64,000 nt of DNA, taken from NCBI GenBank assembly GCA_965371515.1, contig CBDUYR010000008.1, positions 1 to 64,000 on the forward strand, read 5' to 3'. Position 1 is the first letter of the stretch. Each line of letters begins with the position of its first letter. Below are positions 49,748 to 59,688 of the stretch, piece by piece. The notes beneath the pieces were generated by a model, which had not been told where the DNA came from, did not search any database, and saw only the letters and a program-made list of their open reading frames with translations. A program made the position numbers and the translations under genes. This stretch comes from an uncultured bacterium. Lineage in GTDB: Bacteria; Krumholzibacteriota; Krumholzibacteriia; Krumholzibacteriales; Krumholzibacteriaceae.

Positions 49748-51496
49748 ATGTTTACACCGCGTGCTCTCTCACATTCTGACGAGTCCAGTGCCAGGAGGCT
49801 GGTCTACCTGCGGCTTGTCGTTTCGACCCTGATGGTCGGTGCGGCGATCATGGTGCTGCAGATGGAGGACCGGGCTCTCTCGGTGGCCGCGATGTACGGG
49901 CTCCTCGGGGTGATCTATCTCAGCGCCGGCGCCGTATACCTGACCTTCAGGGTGGGCGTCGAGCTGAAGGTCATCGTCCGTATTCTCGTCGCCGTGGACA
50001 TAGTAGTACTCACGATGCTTGCCCACTTCAGCGGCGGTTCGGGTTCGTTCTTTTCCATTCTCTATATCCTGCCGATAATCGTAGGCGGCGAGTATTTCAA
50101 GGTCTCCGGCGGGCTGGTAACGGCCCTCGTGGCGACCTCGGCCTACATCACATACATACTTCTCGAGATCGGCGGCTACGTCGTTCCGGAGAGCGGGGGA
50201 TGGGTCGTCGACGTCTCATCGCGGGGCGTCGCCAGGATGATCCTGCGAGGCTACCTCCACATGGCGGTCTTCATCTTTACCGGCCTGGTGAGCGGGTACG
50301 TATCGTACCGCCTCCAGAACAAACACGAGGAGATCGCCGACAAGGAGAAGGAGATAAGGCAGATCAGGCTCGACACGGACAGCATCCTGAAGAACATGAG
50401 CAGCGGACTGATCGTGACTGATCCGGATGGTTGCGTACTGACGGTAAATCCGGCAGCGGAATCGATACTCGGACTGGACAGAAGCATGGGATTCGAGGGG
50501 GTGCCGGTCACCGACGCCTTTCCACATATGTCTGTTCTGGCCGGAGAACTTTCGTTCGCGCTGAGGAGCGGGGTGCCGAGGCAGCGCCACGAGATCGATG
50601 TTGTGAGGGAGGACGGGACTCTGCTGCAGCTCGGGATAAGCATATCGCTCCTGAAGGACGAACAGGGCGAGATAAAAGGGGTAATCGCGATCTTCCAGGA
50701 TCTCTCGGAGGTCAAGGAGATGCGCGAGAGGATCCGGCAGGCTGACCGGATGGCCGCCGTTGGTGAGCTGTCCGCAGCTATCGCTCACGAGGTCCGGGCT
50801 CCGCTGGCGTCTATCAGTGGATCGATCGAGATGCTCAAGGGAGATATAGAGGGACTTTCCGGCGACAACGCCGAACTGATGGATCTCATCATAAGGGAAT
50901 CGGAGAGGCTCGACAGGATCATATCCGATTTCCTCGAGTATGCGAGACTCCGCAAGCCGTCGTTCTCGTCGTCGGATATCGACAGGTGTATCGGCGAGAT
51001 CGCGCTGCTTCTGAGGAACGCGACTCTTTCGGGGGAAGGCGTGGAGATCACAATCGACAGCGATTCGGAGGGTTCGAGGATATATGTCGACGAGGAACAG
51101 ATTCGCCAGGTATTCCTCAATCTCGGCATCAATGCATGCGAGGCGATGAGCTCCGGCGGAAAGCTGACGCTCTCGGTGAGCAGGGTGCAGCGCCTGCTTT
51201 CCGAGGACAGAACCGACGAGGAATGTATCGAGGTCCGATTCCACAACGATGGGCCGGCTATTCCGGAAGAAGTACTTCCGCATGTCTTCGAACCGTTCTT
51301 TACAACGAGAGAGGGAGGAACCGGGCTGGGCCTCGCGATCGCCGCGCGTATCGTAGAGAGCCATTCCGGTCTGATAGATGTCCGCAGTTCGGACGACGGG
51401 GGGACGGAGTTCATCGTAATCCTGCCCGTCCGGCGCTGCGTGGCCGAAGAAACTGAAGAAGAAATGATAATCGAGGATGAGTTCGCAATGGTCTGA
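49748..51496 (+). CDS. pilS: PilS-like PAS sensor histidine kinase
   Basis: Multi-TM N-terminus, PAS, AHEVRAPL H-box, FEPFFTT, GTGLGL; position between pilC and pilR. Confidence 0.85.
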   Translation: MFTPRALSHSDESSARRLVYLRLVVSTLMVGAAIMVLQMEDRALSVAAMYGLLGVIYLSAGAVYLTFRVGVELKVIVRILVAVDIVVLTMLAHFSGGSGSFFSILYILPIIVGGEYFKVSGGLVTALVATSAYITYILLEIGGYVVPESGGWVVDVSSRGVARMILRGYLHMAVFIFTGLVSGYVSYRLQNKHEEIADKEKEIRQIRLDTDSILKNMSSGLIVTDPDGCVLTVNPAAESILGLDRSMGFEGVPVTDAFPHMSVLAGELSFALRSGVPRQRHEIDVVREDGTLLQLGISISLLKDEQGEIKGVIAIFQDLSEVKEMRERIRQADRMAAVGELSAAIAHEVRAPLASISGSIEMLKGDIEGLSGDNAELMDLIIRESERLDRIISDFLEYARLRKPSFSSSDIDRCIGEIALLLRNATLSGEGVEITIDSDSEGSRIYVDEEQIRQVFLNLGINACEAMSSGGKLTLSVSRVQRLLSEDRTDEECIEVRFHNDGPAIPEEVLPHVFEPFFTTREGGTGLGLAIAARIVESHSGLIDVRSSDDGGTEFIVILPVRRCVAEETEEEMIIEDEFAMV

Positions 51497-51545
51497 TCCG
51501 CCGCCGGCGGAGGACCATTTCGCTAAAATGGAGGATTATTGATAA

Positions 51546-52919
51546 ATGGCGGGTGAAAAGATACTGATAGTCGACGACGAGAAGAGTATGTGCCAGTACC
51601 TTTCGATCATGCTCAAGAAGGAGGGGTACAAGGTGAAGACTGCCTCGAGCGGCAACAAGGCCGTCAGCGAGGTGAAGAGCTCGAATTTCGACGTCGTGAT
51701 CACGGATATCCGGATGGAGGGGATGGACGGGATAGAACTCCTCTCCGCGGTCAAGGAGCTCGATCCGAGTCTCCCGGTTATAATCATGACAGCCTACGCT
51801 TCGCAGAAGACGGCTATCGAGGCCCTCAACAGGGGAGCCTTCCACTACCTGATAAAGCGGGCAGCGAAGAACGACCAGATAAAGATGGTCATTCGCAATG
51901 CCCTCGATGTCCGTCGTGTGAGGAGCGAAAACACCTTCCTCAAGAAACAGCTCAGGAACAAGGACGATTTCAAGGAGATCATCGGTAAGAGCGAGGAGAT
52001 CCAGAAGGTCTTTACACTCGTCGACAAGGTGGCCGATACCGACAGCACGATCCTCGTATGCGGGGAGAGCGGAACGGGGAAGGAGCTCATCGCGAGGGCG
52101 ATACATTACAGGTCGGTGCGGGCAGAAAGTCCGTTTGTCTCGATCAACTGCGGTGCCCTTCCGGAAAACCTTCTCGAGAGCGAACTCTTCGGGCACGTCA
52201 AGGGGAGCTTTACGGGAGCGATCAGGGACAAGGACGGTCTCTTCAAGGTGGCCAGCGGCGGGACCTTCTTCCTCGACGAGGTCGGCGAGACCTCGCCTGC
52301 GATCCAGGTCAAACTTCTCAGGGTCCTGCAGGAACGCGAGATCATCCCCGTCGGCGGGACCGCACCGATAAAGGTCAACGCACGGCTGATCGCTGCCACA
52401 AATGCCGATCTGGAGAGAGCGGTCCAGGAGGACAACTTCAGGGCCGATCTCTTTTACAGGCTCAACGTGATCCCTATAGTTATCCCGCCGCTGCGCCAGA
52501 GGCGTGACGATATCCCCCTTCTCGTCGAGCATTTCCTCGAGAAGGCTCACATCAAGACCGGCGAGAAGAAGACGATATCAAAGGAGGCGATGAACCTCCT
52601 GACCGAATACGATTTTCCCGGCAATGTCCGCGAGCTCGAGAACATCATGGAAAGGGCAGTCATCTTGAAGGATGGCGAACAGGTCGAGGTCGAAGACCTT
52701 ACCGATAACGTCAGGTCCAGGATCGGCAACAGACGCTGTCTCAACATGGATACAGCGCAGATGACTCTCGAGGAACTTGAGAAGGAGTACCTGATCTCGG
52801 TCCTCGAGGAGACGAACTGGCAGAAGAAGAAGGCCAGCGCGATACTCGGGATTAATGCTTCGACTCTTTACAGGAAGATTCAGAGATACGGCCTCGAACG
52901 CGAGATGATGAAGGTCTGA
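51546..52919 (+). CDS. pilR: PilR-like sigma54-dependent response regulator
   Basis: REC domain, GESGTGKE, ESELFGH..GSFTGA, FPGNVREL, Fis-type HTH. Confidence 0.88.
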   Translation: MAGEKILIVDDEKSMCQYLSIMLKKEGYKVKTASSGNKAVSEVKSSNFDVVITDIRMEGMDGIELLSAVKELDPSLPVIIMTAYASQKTAIEALNRGAFHYLIKRAAKNDQIKMVIRNALDVRRVRSENTFLKKQLRNKDDFKEIIGKSEEIQKVFTLVDKVADTDSTILVCGESGTGKELIARAIHYRSVRAESPFVSINCGALPENLLESELFGHVKGSFTGAIRDKDGLFKVASGGTFFLDEVGETSPAIQVKLLRVLQEREIIPVGGTAPIKVNARLIAATNADLERAVQEDNFRADLFYRLNVIPIVIPPLRQRRDDIPLLVEHFLEKAHIKTGEKKTISKEAMNLLTEYDFPGNVRELENIMERAVILKDGEQVEVEDLTDNVRSRIGNRRCLNMDTAQMTLEELEKEYLISVLEETNWQKKKASAILGINASTLYRKIQRYGLEREMMKV

Positions 52920-53039
52920 TTTTGCAAACTGAAACGGAACCGGGCAATTATACACGTCAAAGACCGATTGCAGGGCGAGGGAGGAGGCCGTAATTCCCTG
53001 TAAAACAACCGATTGGGCAAGAAGGATCTTCTCCAACGG

Positions 53040-53056
53040 TTGGCACAGAAGATGCA
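53040..53056 (+). promoter_or_regulatory. sigma54 -24/-12 promoter of pilA
   Basis: TTGGCACAGAAGATGCA (GG-N10-GC); IHF-like AAACAA-CCGA-TTG at 53003-53015. Confidence 0.8.
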
Positions 53057-53178
53057 TTAAAAGTCTCGAGCCCCGAATCCGATGGCGGGGCACCAGGACG
53101 AGATCAACGGCTTTCGGGCCGTAAGACCGATGGACTGAAGCCCAAAAGGCTTCAACAGATTGTACCAGGAGGTGCAAG

Positions 53179-53613
53179 ATGAATAACAAGGGTTTCACCC
53201 TTATCGAGCTGATGATCGTTGTGGTCATCATCGGTATCCTCGCTGCTATCGCTATCCCGAACTTCATCAACATGCAGGCCAGGGCCAAGGAAGCCTCCGT
53301 CAAGTCGAACTGCCACACTGTGCAGCTCGCTGCCGAGGACTTCGCGGTCCAGAACGATGGCGTTTATGCGGCTAACGTCGGTGTCGACGCCGCTCCGAAC
53401 GGTGACTCGATCAGTGATATGCTCCCTGGTGGAATACTTCTCGAGAACCCTTTCACCAAGGGCGTTACTGAGCCGGTCGACGTTACTGCTGCGACTTCCG
53501 GTCAGACGGGCTACGTGCCTGTCGTCCTGAACCTCGTCAACATTGGCTATACGATTACCGGTTGCGGTAAGGACGCTGGCTTCCTGGTCATCACGCTGAC
53601 GAGTGGTCAGTAG
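53179..53613 (+). CDS. pilA: Type IVa major pilin
   Basis: MNNKG/FTLIELMIVVVIIGILAAIAIPNF prepilin motif; AGGAGG RBS; own promoter and terminator. Confidence 0.93.
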   Translation: MNNKGFTLIELMIVVVIIGILAAIAIPNFINMQARAKEASVKSNCHTVQLAAEDFAVQNDGVYAANVGVDAAPNGDSISDMLPGGILLENPFTKGVTEPVDVTAATSGQTGYVPVVLNLVNIGYTITGCGKDAGFLVITLTSGQ

Positions 53614-53637
53614 AGCTCGATAGACATCAAGTCGATC

Positions 53638-53670
53638 AAGGGGCGGCTCACGCGGGCCGCCCCTTTCTTT
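53638..53670 (+). terminator. Intrinsic terminator after pilA
   Basis: AAGGGGCGGC...GCCGCCCCTT followed by TCTTT. Confidence 0.85.
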
Positions 53671-53679
53671 ATGCCCGGT

Positions 53680-53766
53680 CGGTACGGAATCTGCAACCTC
53701 TTACAGAAGAAGGATATTCAGGGTCCGGGTGTCCGGATACAGGGCGGCCGGTGGTACGTTTTCTGC
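53680..53766 (+). promoter_or_regulatory. Two tandem sigma54-like motifs before the ABC genes
   Basis: CGGTACGGAATCTGC (53680-53694) and TGGTACGTTTTCTGC (53752-53766), both GG-N10-GC. Confidence 0.5.
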
Positions 53767-53793
53767 CGGTTAAGGCAGTAAAGGGGCAGGAAT

Positions 53794-54786
53794 ATGGAAG
53801 TTCTACAGGTCGACGGGGTGAAGAAATCGTTCCGGGGGGACATGTCGTTTACCTCGCGCGAGATCCTTCACGGCGTCTCATTCTCGGCGGGCACAGGCGA
53901 GATACTCGGATTTCTCGGCCCGAACGGCGCGGGCAAGACGACCACTATAAAGATAATCCTCAACCTTCTCAGGCCTGATTCAGGCTCGGTTCAGATATTC
54001 GGAAAAACTCTCGGAAACAGGTCGGTCATGAAGAAGGTCGGATATCTTCCCGAGAATCCCTATATCTATCCTCACCTGACACTGAGTGAATTCCTCCGCT
54101 TCTGCGCCGATCTCAGCGATGTACCGGTGAAAGAGGTCGCATCGAGGGTCAGGAAGGCCATCTCGCTCCTCGGGCTCGAGGAGCACGCGAACAGGAGGAC
54201 GAAGGGATTCTCGAAGGGGATGCTCCAGAGGGCCGGGATCGCGCAGGCGATCCTCCACGACCCCGATCTCCTGATCCTCGACGAGCCTTTCTCCGGTCTC
54301 GATCCGATCGGCAGGAAGACAGTGAAGGATATCCTTATCGATCTGAAGGGCAGGGGAAAGACGATCTTCTTCTCATCGCATATTCTTCCCGATATGGAGG
54401 CTCTCTGTGACAGGGCATGCATCATCAAGGACGGAATAGTGATCAGGACAGTCGGCCTGGCCGACGTCTTTCGGATGGGCGAAGGGATGGTGGAGATAAC
54501 CGCCAGGGGATGCCTCGTCTCCGAGCTTGAGCCAGTATCCAGGTACATGGATACGGTTGCCGTCAACGGTGAGGAGATATTCCTCGTCGTGAAGAAACGG
54601 GAACTTGTCCGCACCGTCGTTCAGCATCTCTACAACCGCGGCGCGGAAGTGCTCAATGTCTCAAACCATCATCCGTCGCTCGAGGACGTGTTCCTGGACG
54701 AGATTAACGAAAAAAGAACGGAAGAGAGGAAAGGCGCGGAGAAGAAGCATTACGCCGGCCACGCGACAGGGGGTGGCAAGCAGTGA
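53794..54786 (+). CDS. Pilus-associated ABC transporter ATPase (Myxococcus PilH/Geobacter XapD-like)
   Basis: GPNGAGKTT, FSKGM signature, LDEPFSGLDP, SSH. Confidence 0.85.
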   Translation: MEVLQVDGVKKSFRGDMSFTSREILHGVSFSAGTGEILGFLGPNGAGKTTTIKIILNLLRPDSGSVQIFGKTLGNRSVMKKVGYLPENPYIYPHLTLSEFLRFCADLSDVPVKEVASRVRKAISLLGLEEHANRRTKGFSKGMLQRAGIAQAILHDPDLLILDEPFSGLDPIGRKTVKDILIDLKGRGKTIFFSSHILPDMEALCDRACIIKDGIVIRTVGLADVFRMGEGMVEITARGCLVSELEPVSRYMDTVAVNGEEIFLVVKKRELVRTVVQHLYNRGAEVLNVSNHHPSLEDVFLDEINEKRTEERKGAEKKHYAGHATGGGKQ

Positions 54787-55553
54787 GAAGGATATACAGC
54801 GTCGCGCTGAATACGTTCAGGGAATCTGTAAGGGAGAAGCTGCTCTACCTTGTTATCATATACGCGATGATCCTGCTCGTCAGCGTCTTCATCCTGTCGC
54901 CCCTCTCGGTCGGAGTGGCGAAGGGGAAGATCGTGACCGATGTCGGGCTGGCCGGAATCTCGATACTGGGGATCCTGACGGCAATAATCGTAGGCAGCAA
55001 TCTAGTTCACAAGGAAGTGGACAAGAAGGCCGTCCTGATGGTGCTTGCCAGACCGGTGTCGCGTGCCGAGTATGTCATCGGAAAATTCGCCGGCGTCTCG
55101 CTGTCTCTGGCGGTCCTCATCGGGCTCATGACGGCCGTGCTCGTCGTGATGATGCTTCTCGGGGGTGCCGCGCTGACTCCGGCGGTATTCCTGGCAGTCG
55201 GCCTGTCCATCGTCGAGATAGGGCTGATAATAGCCGTGATGATATTCTTCAGCACCTTCACGACGCCCATTCTGACGTCTTTTTTCACTATCTGCATATT
55301 TGTCGCCGGTACGTTGAGCGGCGACCTGAGGCTCTTTGCGCAGAAGTTCGGCGGGAAAGCGATGAACTATGTGATGGACATATTGTATTTCACGCTTCCG
55401 AACCTGAAGGTTTTCAATCTCCGTCATGAAGCGGTACACGGGCTGAGGTACTCGGCATCCGAGATCCTTCTGCCTGCGGCGTATGGAATAGTATATACGT
55501 GCGCCATGCTCTATTTCGCCTGGCTGGTATTCAGGCGGAGGGAGTTCAGCTGA
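54783..55553 (+). CDS. Pilus-associated ABC permease (Myxococcus PilI-like)
   Basis: A.NTFRESVR.K, EVDKK.....LARPVSR.EY..GKF.G, six TM segments, F.RREF end. Confidence 0.8.
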   Translation: MRRIYSVALNTFRESVREKLLYLVIIYAMILLVSVFILSPLSVGVAKGKIVTDVGLAGISILGILTAIIVGSNLVHKEVDKKAVLMVLARPVSRAEYVIGKFAGVSLSLAVLIGLMTAVLVVMMLLGGAALTPAVFLAVGLSIVEIGLIIAVMIFFSTFTTPILTSFFTICIFVAGTLSGDLRLFAQKFGGKAMNYVMDILYFTLPNLKVFNLRHEAVHGLRYSASEILLPAAYGIVYTCAMLYFAWLVFRRREFS

Positions 55554-55554
55554 G

Positions 55555-56235
55555 ATGATCCGGATGCTTGCCAGGATATTCTTTTTTGCAGTCGCTATCT
55601 CCGCGATCGTCGGAACCGCGATGATGGTCGAGCCTGTTCTGGATGGCAAAGCCGAGATCGAAGTCTCCTACCTGCCCACGAGCGATTTCATGAAAATGGC
55701 CTCTCTCGGTTACAGGGAACTTGCCGCCGATCTCTACTGGTTCAGGGCGGTGCAGTACTACGGTGGTTACAGGCTCAACCAGAACGACATCCACCTGTTC
55801 AATCATCTTGCCGAGATGATAACCGATCTTGATCCTCATTTCATCGGCGCCTACAAGCTCAGTGCCCTGGTGATCACGGAGGACCTGGGGAATTTCGCCG
55901 CGGCAAAAAATCTTATGGATAAGGGACTTAAGCACAACCCCTATGATTACTGGCTCACTTTCGAGATGGGATTGCTCCACTACCTCGAGGGCAGGGATTA
56001 CAGCGAGGCGGAGAAGTATTTCCGCGTCGCCGCCACGCTGCCCAATTCTGACGGTAACAGGGCGGCCAGGTTCGCCGCCGAAGCGGCTTCGAAGGGCGGA
56101 AACGTCGAGGCGAGCATCATCCTGTGGAAAGAGATGGCGGAGAACTCGGACAACAGATACATACGCGAGCTGGCGGAAAAATATATCGCCAGACTCGAGG
56201 CGAGAAGGCAGCAGCAGGACAGGGGCAGCGTATGA
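55555..56235 (+). CDS. Membrane-anchored TPR protein (Myxococcus PilG-like)
   Basis: N-terminal TM; LGY..LAADLYW.RAVQY.G; TDLDPHF; TPR helices. Confidence 0.65.
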   Translation: MIRMLARIFFFAVAISAIVGTAMMVEPVLDGKAEIEVSYLPTSDFMKMASLGYRELAADLYWFRAVQYYGGYRLNQNDIHLFNHLAEMITDLDPHFIGAYKLSALVITEDLGNFAAAKNLMDKGLKHNPYDYWLTFEMGLLHYLEGRDYSEAEKYFRVAATLPNSDGNRAARFAAEAASKGGNVEASIILWKEMAENSDNRYIRELAEKYIARLEARRQQQDRGSV

Positions 56236-56996
56236 ATTGGATAGTGGACATACCAGTCTTCATATTCGGCCTTATGGCAGGGAGCTTTCTCAACGTGGTC
56301 ATCTATCGGCTGCCGCTGGGCAGATCTGTGGTCAGGCCCAGGTCGTTCTGCCCCGGATGTGGAAAGACGATCTCCTGGTACGAGAACATCCCCGTTCTCA
56401 GTTATGTCATTCTGCGCGGCAATTGCCGCCGCTGCGGCGTTTCGATCTCTCCGCGCTATCCGGTGGTCGAAGTGCTCGGGGGCCTGCTCGCCGTTCTGGC
56501 CGTGTATCTCCACGGCGACTGGATCAATGTCGCTTTCACTTACGCGTTCCTGATGGCGCTGCTCGCGATAACGATGATCGACTGGGACCACAGGATCATT
56601 CCCGACCAGATCAGCCTCTCCTTTATTGTGGTCGGGCTCGCATGGAGCTTTTTCAATCCGGGTCTCAGCCTGATCTCGTCGGTGGCGGGAGCGCTCGCCG
56701 GCGGCGGCAGCCTCTGGCTCGTTGGTATCCTCTACAGGAAGATGAGGAAAGCCGAGGGGATGGGTGGAGGCGACGTCAAACTGATGGCGATGATCGGGGC
56801 CTTTCTCGGAATCAGCCTGGTTCTGCCCGTGATAGTGATCGCCTCTTTCTTCGGTTCGGTATACGGCATCTCCCTGATGCGCAGGGGCGGTGACGGCCGG
56901 ATGGCTGTCGCCTTCGGCTCGTTTCTGGCACCGGCAGCCGCATTTTGCATGATATTCGGCTCGACTCTGCTTGCCTGGTATTTCGGACGGTTCTGA
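56232..56996 (+). CDS. pilD: Prepilin peptidase/methyltransferase
   Basis: GSFLNVVIYRLP, CxxC...ENIP..S...LRG.CxxC, GMGGGDVKL, FG.FLA; start ATG 56232. Confidence 0.95.
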   Translation: MNWIVDIPVFIFGLMAGSFLNVVIYRLPLGRSVVRPRSFCPGCGKTISWYENIPVLSYVILRGNCRRCGVSISPRYPVVEVLGGLLAVLAVYLHGDWINVAFTYAFLMALLAITMIDWDHRIIPDQISLSFIVVGLAWSFFNPGLSLISSVAGALAGGGSLWLVGILYRKMRKAEGMGGGDVKLMAMIGAFLGISLVLPVIVIASFFGSVYGISLMRRGGDGRMAVAFGSFLAPAAAFCMIFGSTLLAWYFGRF

Positions 56997-57237
56997 TTCC
57001 ATAATACATTTTCAGCGACTTTTTTTAACGTCTCCAGAAGTGCCTTTCCTTCCGGATTGGAGTGCTTCATGGCCGTTAATGACTCCACGTCCATTAAAGT
57101 TGACAGGAATATCCCCTGATTCTGGCGAATTGCATGGATTTATTGCAGATACTGTGGGCGCAGCCGTCAGCGTCCGGGATATCGGTTTGTAAGCACGTAG
57201 TAATACTGGAGTTGAATGATGCCGGGGTATCGATACG

Positions 57238-57253
57238 TTGGCACATTTGTTGC
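57238..57253 (+). promoter_or_regulatory. sigma54 -24/-12 promoter upstream of pilM
   Basis: TTGGCACATTTGTTGC, near-consensus. Confidence 0.8.
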
Positions 57254-57386
57254 GTTATCGAGCTCTCGAGGAAGGAATTATTGAATTATCTCAATCGGTT
57301 ACGGCGCTTCAAATGCGTCGGCAAGGGGTGACAGGCGCGGTCCTGGACCACTCCATTGAGAGGAATTTTAAAAGGCTGGTGCGAGA

Positions 57387-58508
57387 ATGATCTCATTACC
57401 ATTTCTGAGCAAGAAATCCTCGACTGTCGGACTCGACATCGGGTCGAGCCTGATCAAGATCGTCGAGATCGATTACTCCGGCGGCTCGCCGAAGATCGTC
57501 AATTTCGGCTGCACGAGGCTCCTGCCCGAGGCAATCGTCGAGGGCGAGATCATGGACAGGGGGCTGGTGATCGACGGGATCAGGGAGTGCGTCGAACAGT
57601 CGGGGATAACGACCGACAATGTCGTGTCGGCTGTTTCGGGCCGTGCGGTCATCGTCAAGAAGGTCGTCATGGACAAGATGACCCCGGAGGACGCGCAGGA
57701 GGCGATCTACTGGGAAGCCGAGCAGCACGTGCCGTTCGATATCGACGACGTCTGCCTCGATTTCCAGATTCTAAATGACGACATCGGGGCTAACCAGATG
57801 GAGGTCCTGCTGGTCGCTGCCAAGAAGGACATGGTAACTGTCCACGCCAGCCTGATAAGGGACGCCGGTCTATCCCCGACGATTATCGACGTCGATTCGT
57901 TTGCCGTCCAGAACTGCTTCGAGGCGAGCAGGAATGCCGGCAGCTTCGGCGATTCGGACGGGGACGATGATTTCGACGATCGTCATTCTGGCGGCAGCCG
58001 GAAGGCGATCGGCCTGATCAACATCGGAAGCGATGTTACCAACATCAACATTATACAGGGAGACAGTCCCCAGTTCACGAGGGACATCAGTGTCGGCACG
58101 GACCAGTTCGTCGAATCCATGCAGAAGGAACTCGGTCTTGATTACGAGGCGGCCCAGAATGTAGTCCACGGGGAGATCGGGGAACTGGACGGTTCGAAGA
58201 TAAGGGAGATCATAAAGAAGCGCTCCGACGACCTCTCACTCGGCATCGAGCGCAGCCTTTCTTTCCTGAAGGCTGCAGGAGACGCCGATACTATAGACGA
58301 GGTTGCTCTGAGTGGAGGAGGGGCGCACATACCTTACCTCAAGGAGATCCTTTCGGAAAGGCACGGAATGGAATTCTCCATACACAATCCTCTCGACGGC
58401 GTCGAATGGGATGAAGGCGTATTCGGCGAATACGAAGAAGACCTCGACAGCCTGGCGCCGCTGCTGACTGTCGGCATCGGTCTCGCTCTTAGAAAGGCGG
58501 GCAAGTAA
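57387..58508 (+). CDS. pilM: Type IV pilus alignment protein PilM
   Basis: VGLDIGSS.IK, EAEQHVPF, VLLVAAKK, LSGGGA, GLALR. Confidence 0.95.
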   Translation: MISLPFLSKKSSTVGLDIGSSLIKIVEIDYSGGSPKIVNFGCTRLLPEAIVEGEIMDRGLVIDGIRECVEQSGITTDNVVSAVSGRAVIVKKVVMDKMTPEDAQEAIYWEAEQHVPFDIDDVCLDFQILNDDIGANQMEVLLVAAKKDMVTVHASLIRDAGLSPTIIDVDSFAVQNCFEASRNAGSFGDSDGDDDFDDRHSGGSRKAIGLINIGSDVTNINIIQGDSPQFTRDISVGTDQFVESMQKELGLDYEAAQNVVHGEIGELDGSKIREIIKKRSDDLSLGIERSLSFLKAAGDADTIDEVALSGGGAHIPYLKEILSERHGMEFSIHNPLDGVEWDEGVFGEYEEDLDSLAPLLTVGIGLALRKAGK

Positions 58509-59062
58509 TGATACGGATAAATCTTCTTCCAGCGGAAGACAGGACCAAGAAGAAGGAACTGCATCTTCCCGAGATGTCGACTGTGTACCTGGTTGTGGCG
58601 ATTGTGGTTTTTGTCGCCTCGATAGCCGTGAGCAGCACTATTCAGCGGCACAGGGTCAGGAGTCTCGAAAAGAAGATCGAGGTGGCGAAGGAGGAGGCCA
58701 GAAAGCTTGCTCCTCAGCTGGCCAAGATCAAGCAGATAACTAAGGAGCGTGAGGAAGTCAACAAGAGACTCAACCTTATCACTTCGCTCGACAGACACAG
58801 GTATTACAGGGTGAAGCTTCTCAACGATATCAGCTACAAGCTGCCGGCAAACTGCTGGCTGACCGATATCGTCGAGCTTTCCCCGAACAATTTCACCATA
58901 GATGGAATAACGTTTTCCAATTTCACCGTCGCCGACATGATCTCCAATCTGGAGAATTCGCCGCTCGTGACTAGCGTCGATCTCAAGATCGCGGAGCGGG
59001 GGCAGATCAAGAAGCGTGAAGTGATGAAATTCAGCATGAGCGCTAACGTCATGCCTCAGTAG
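58508..59062 (+). CDS. pilN: Type IV pilus alignment protein PilN
   Basis: MIRINLLP motif, TM, coiled coil, LP...WL. Confidence 0.92.
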   Translation: MIRINLLPAEDRTKKKELHLPEMSTVYLVVAIVVFVASIAVSSTIQRHRVRSLEKKIEVAKEEARKLAPQLAKIKQITKEREEVNKRLNLITSLDRHRYYRVKLLNDISYKLPANCWLTDIVELSPNNFTIDGITFSNFTVADMISNLENSPLVTSVDLKIAERGQIKKREVMKFSMSANVMPQ

Positions 59063-59079
59063 GGAAGAGAGGAAATGGA

Positions 59080-59688
59080 ATGGATTTCAAGGATCCCAAT
59101 GTACAGAAGACGATTGTTGTGGGGATACTCCTCGTCATAGTCGGCTACGTATACTTTTTCACGTCTTTCATGCCTTTCTTCTTCCAGCCGCTGAAGGCGC
59201 ACGTCAACACGCTCGATTCGGAGTATGACAAGATAAGCGCAGAGCTGGAGAAGGCCAGGAAGACCGTGAACAGTCTGGCCAGACTCGAGGAGGAGTACGA
59301 GCGGCTTCACGATAAGTGGATGGCCGCCCAGAGCCTCCTGCCCCAGGAGAATGAAGTAGCGCAGCTGCTCCGCAAGGTGACTCGTGCGGGAAGCCAGTCC
59401 GGCGTCCAGTTCGATCTCTTCGAGCCGCAGATCCCTGTCACGGGAGAATTCATAACCGAGAATCCCGTGAAGGTGAAGATCCGGGGTGAGTATCACGAGG
59501 TCGGCGTATTCCTGTCGAAGGTGGCGAACCTCGACAGGATCATCAACGTGACCGGCCTGAAGGTCAGGCCTTACAAGGACAAGGAAAATGCAGGCGGATT
59601 TACCGTCGAAGCAGAGATGATTATGACCGCGTTCACGATGAACAAAAGTGGGGAGGTGACAGATGAGAGCGTCAAGAAGAGTTCATAA
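59080..59688 (+). CDS. pilO: Type IV pilus alignment protein PilO
   Basis: TM, coiled coil, LP...EV..LL, G.YH....F...VA.L.RII. Confidence 0.92.
   Translation: MDFKDPNVQKTIVVGILLVIVGYVYFFTSFMPFFFQPLKAHVNTLDSEYDKISAELEKARKTVNSLARLEEEYERLHDKWMAAQSLLPQENEVAQLLRKVTRAGSQSGVQFDLFEPQIPVTGEFITENPVKVKIRGEYHEVGVFLSKVANLDRIINVTGLKVRPYKDKENAGGFTVEAEMIMTAFTMNKSGEVTDESVKKSS

Noticed and set aside
53179..53613. Electrically conductive (e-pilin) candidate
   Set aside because: It is a full-length pilin with sparse aromatics and Met rather than Tyr at mature position 27, despite the Geobacter-like gene context.
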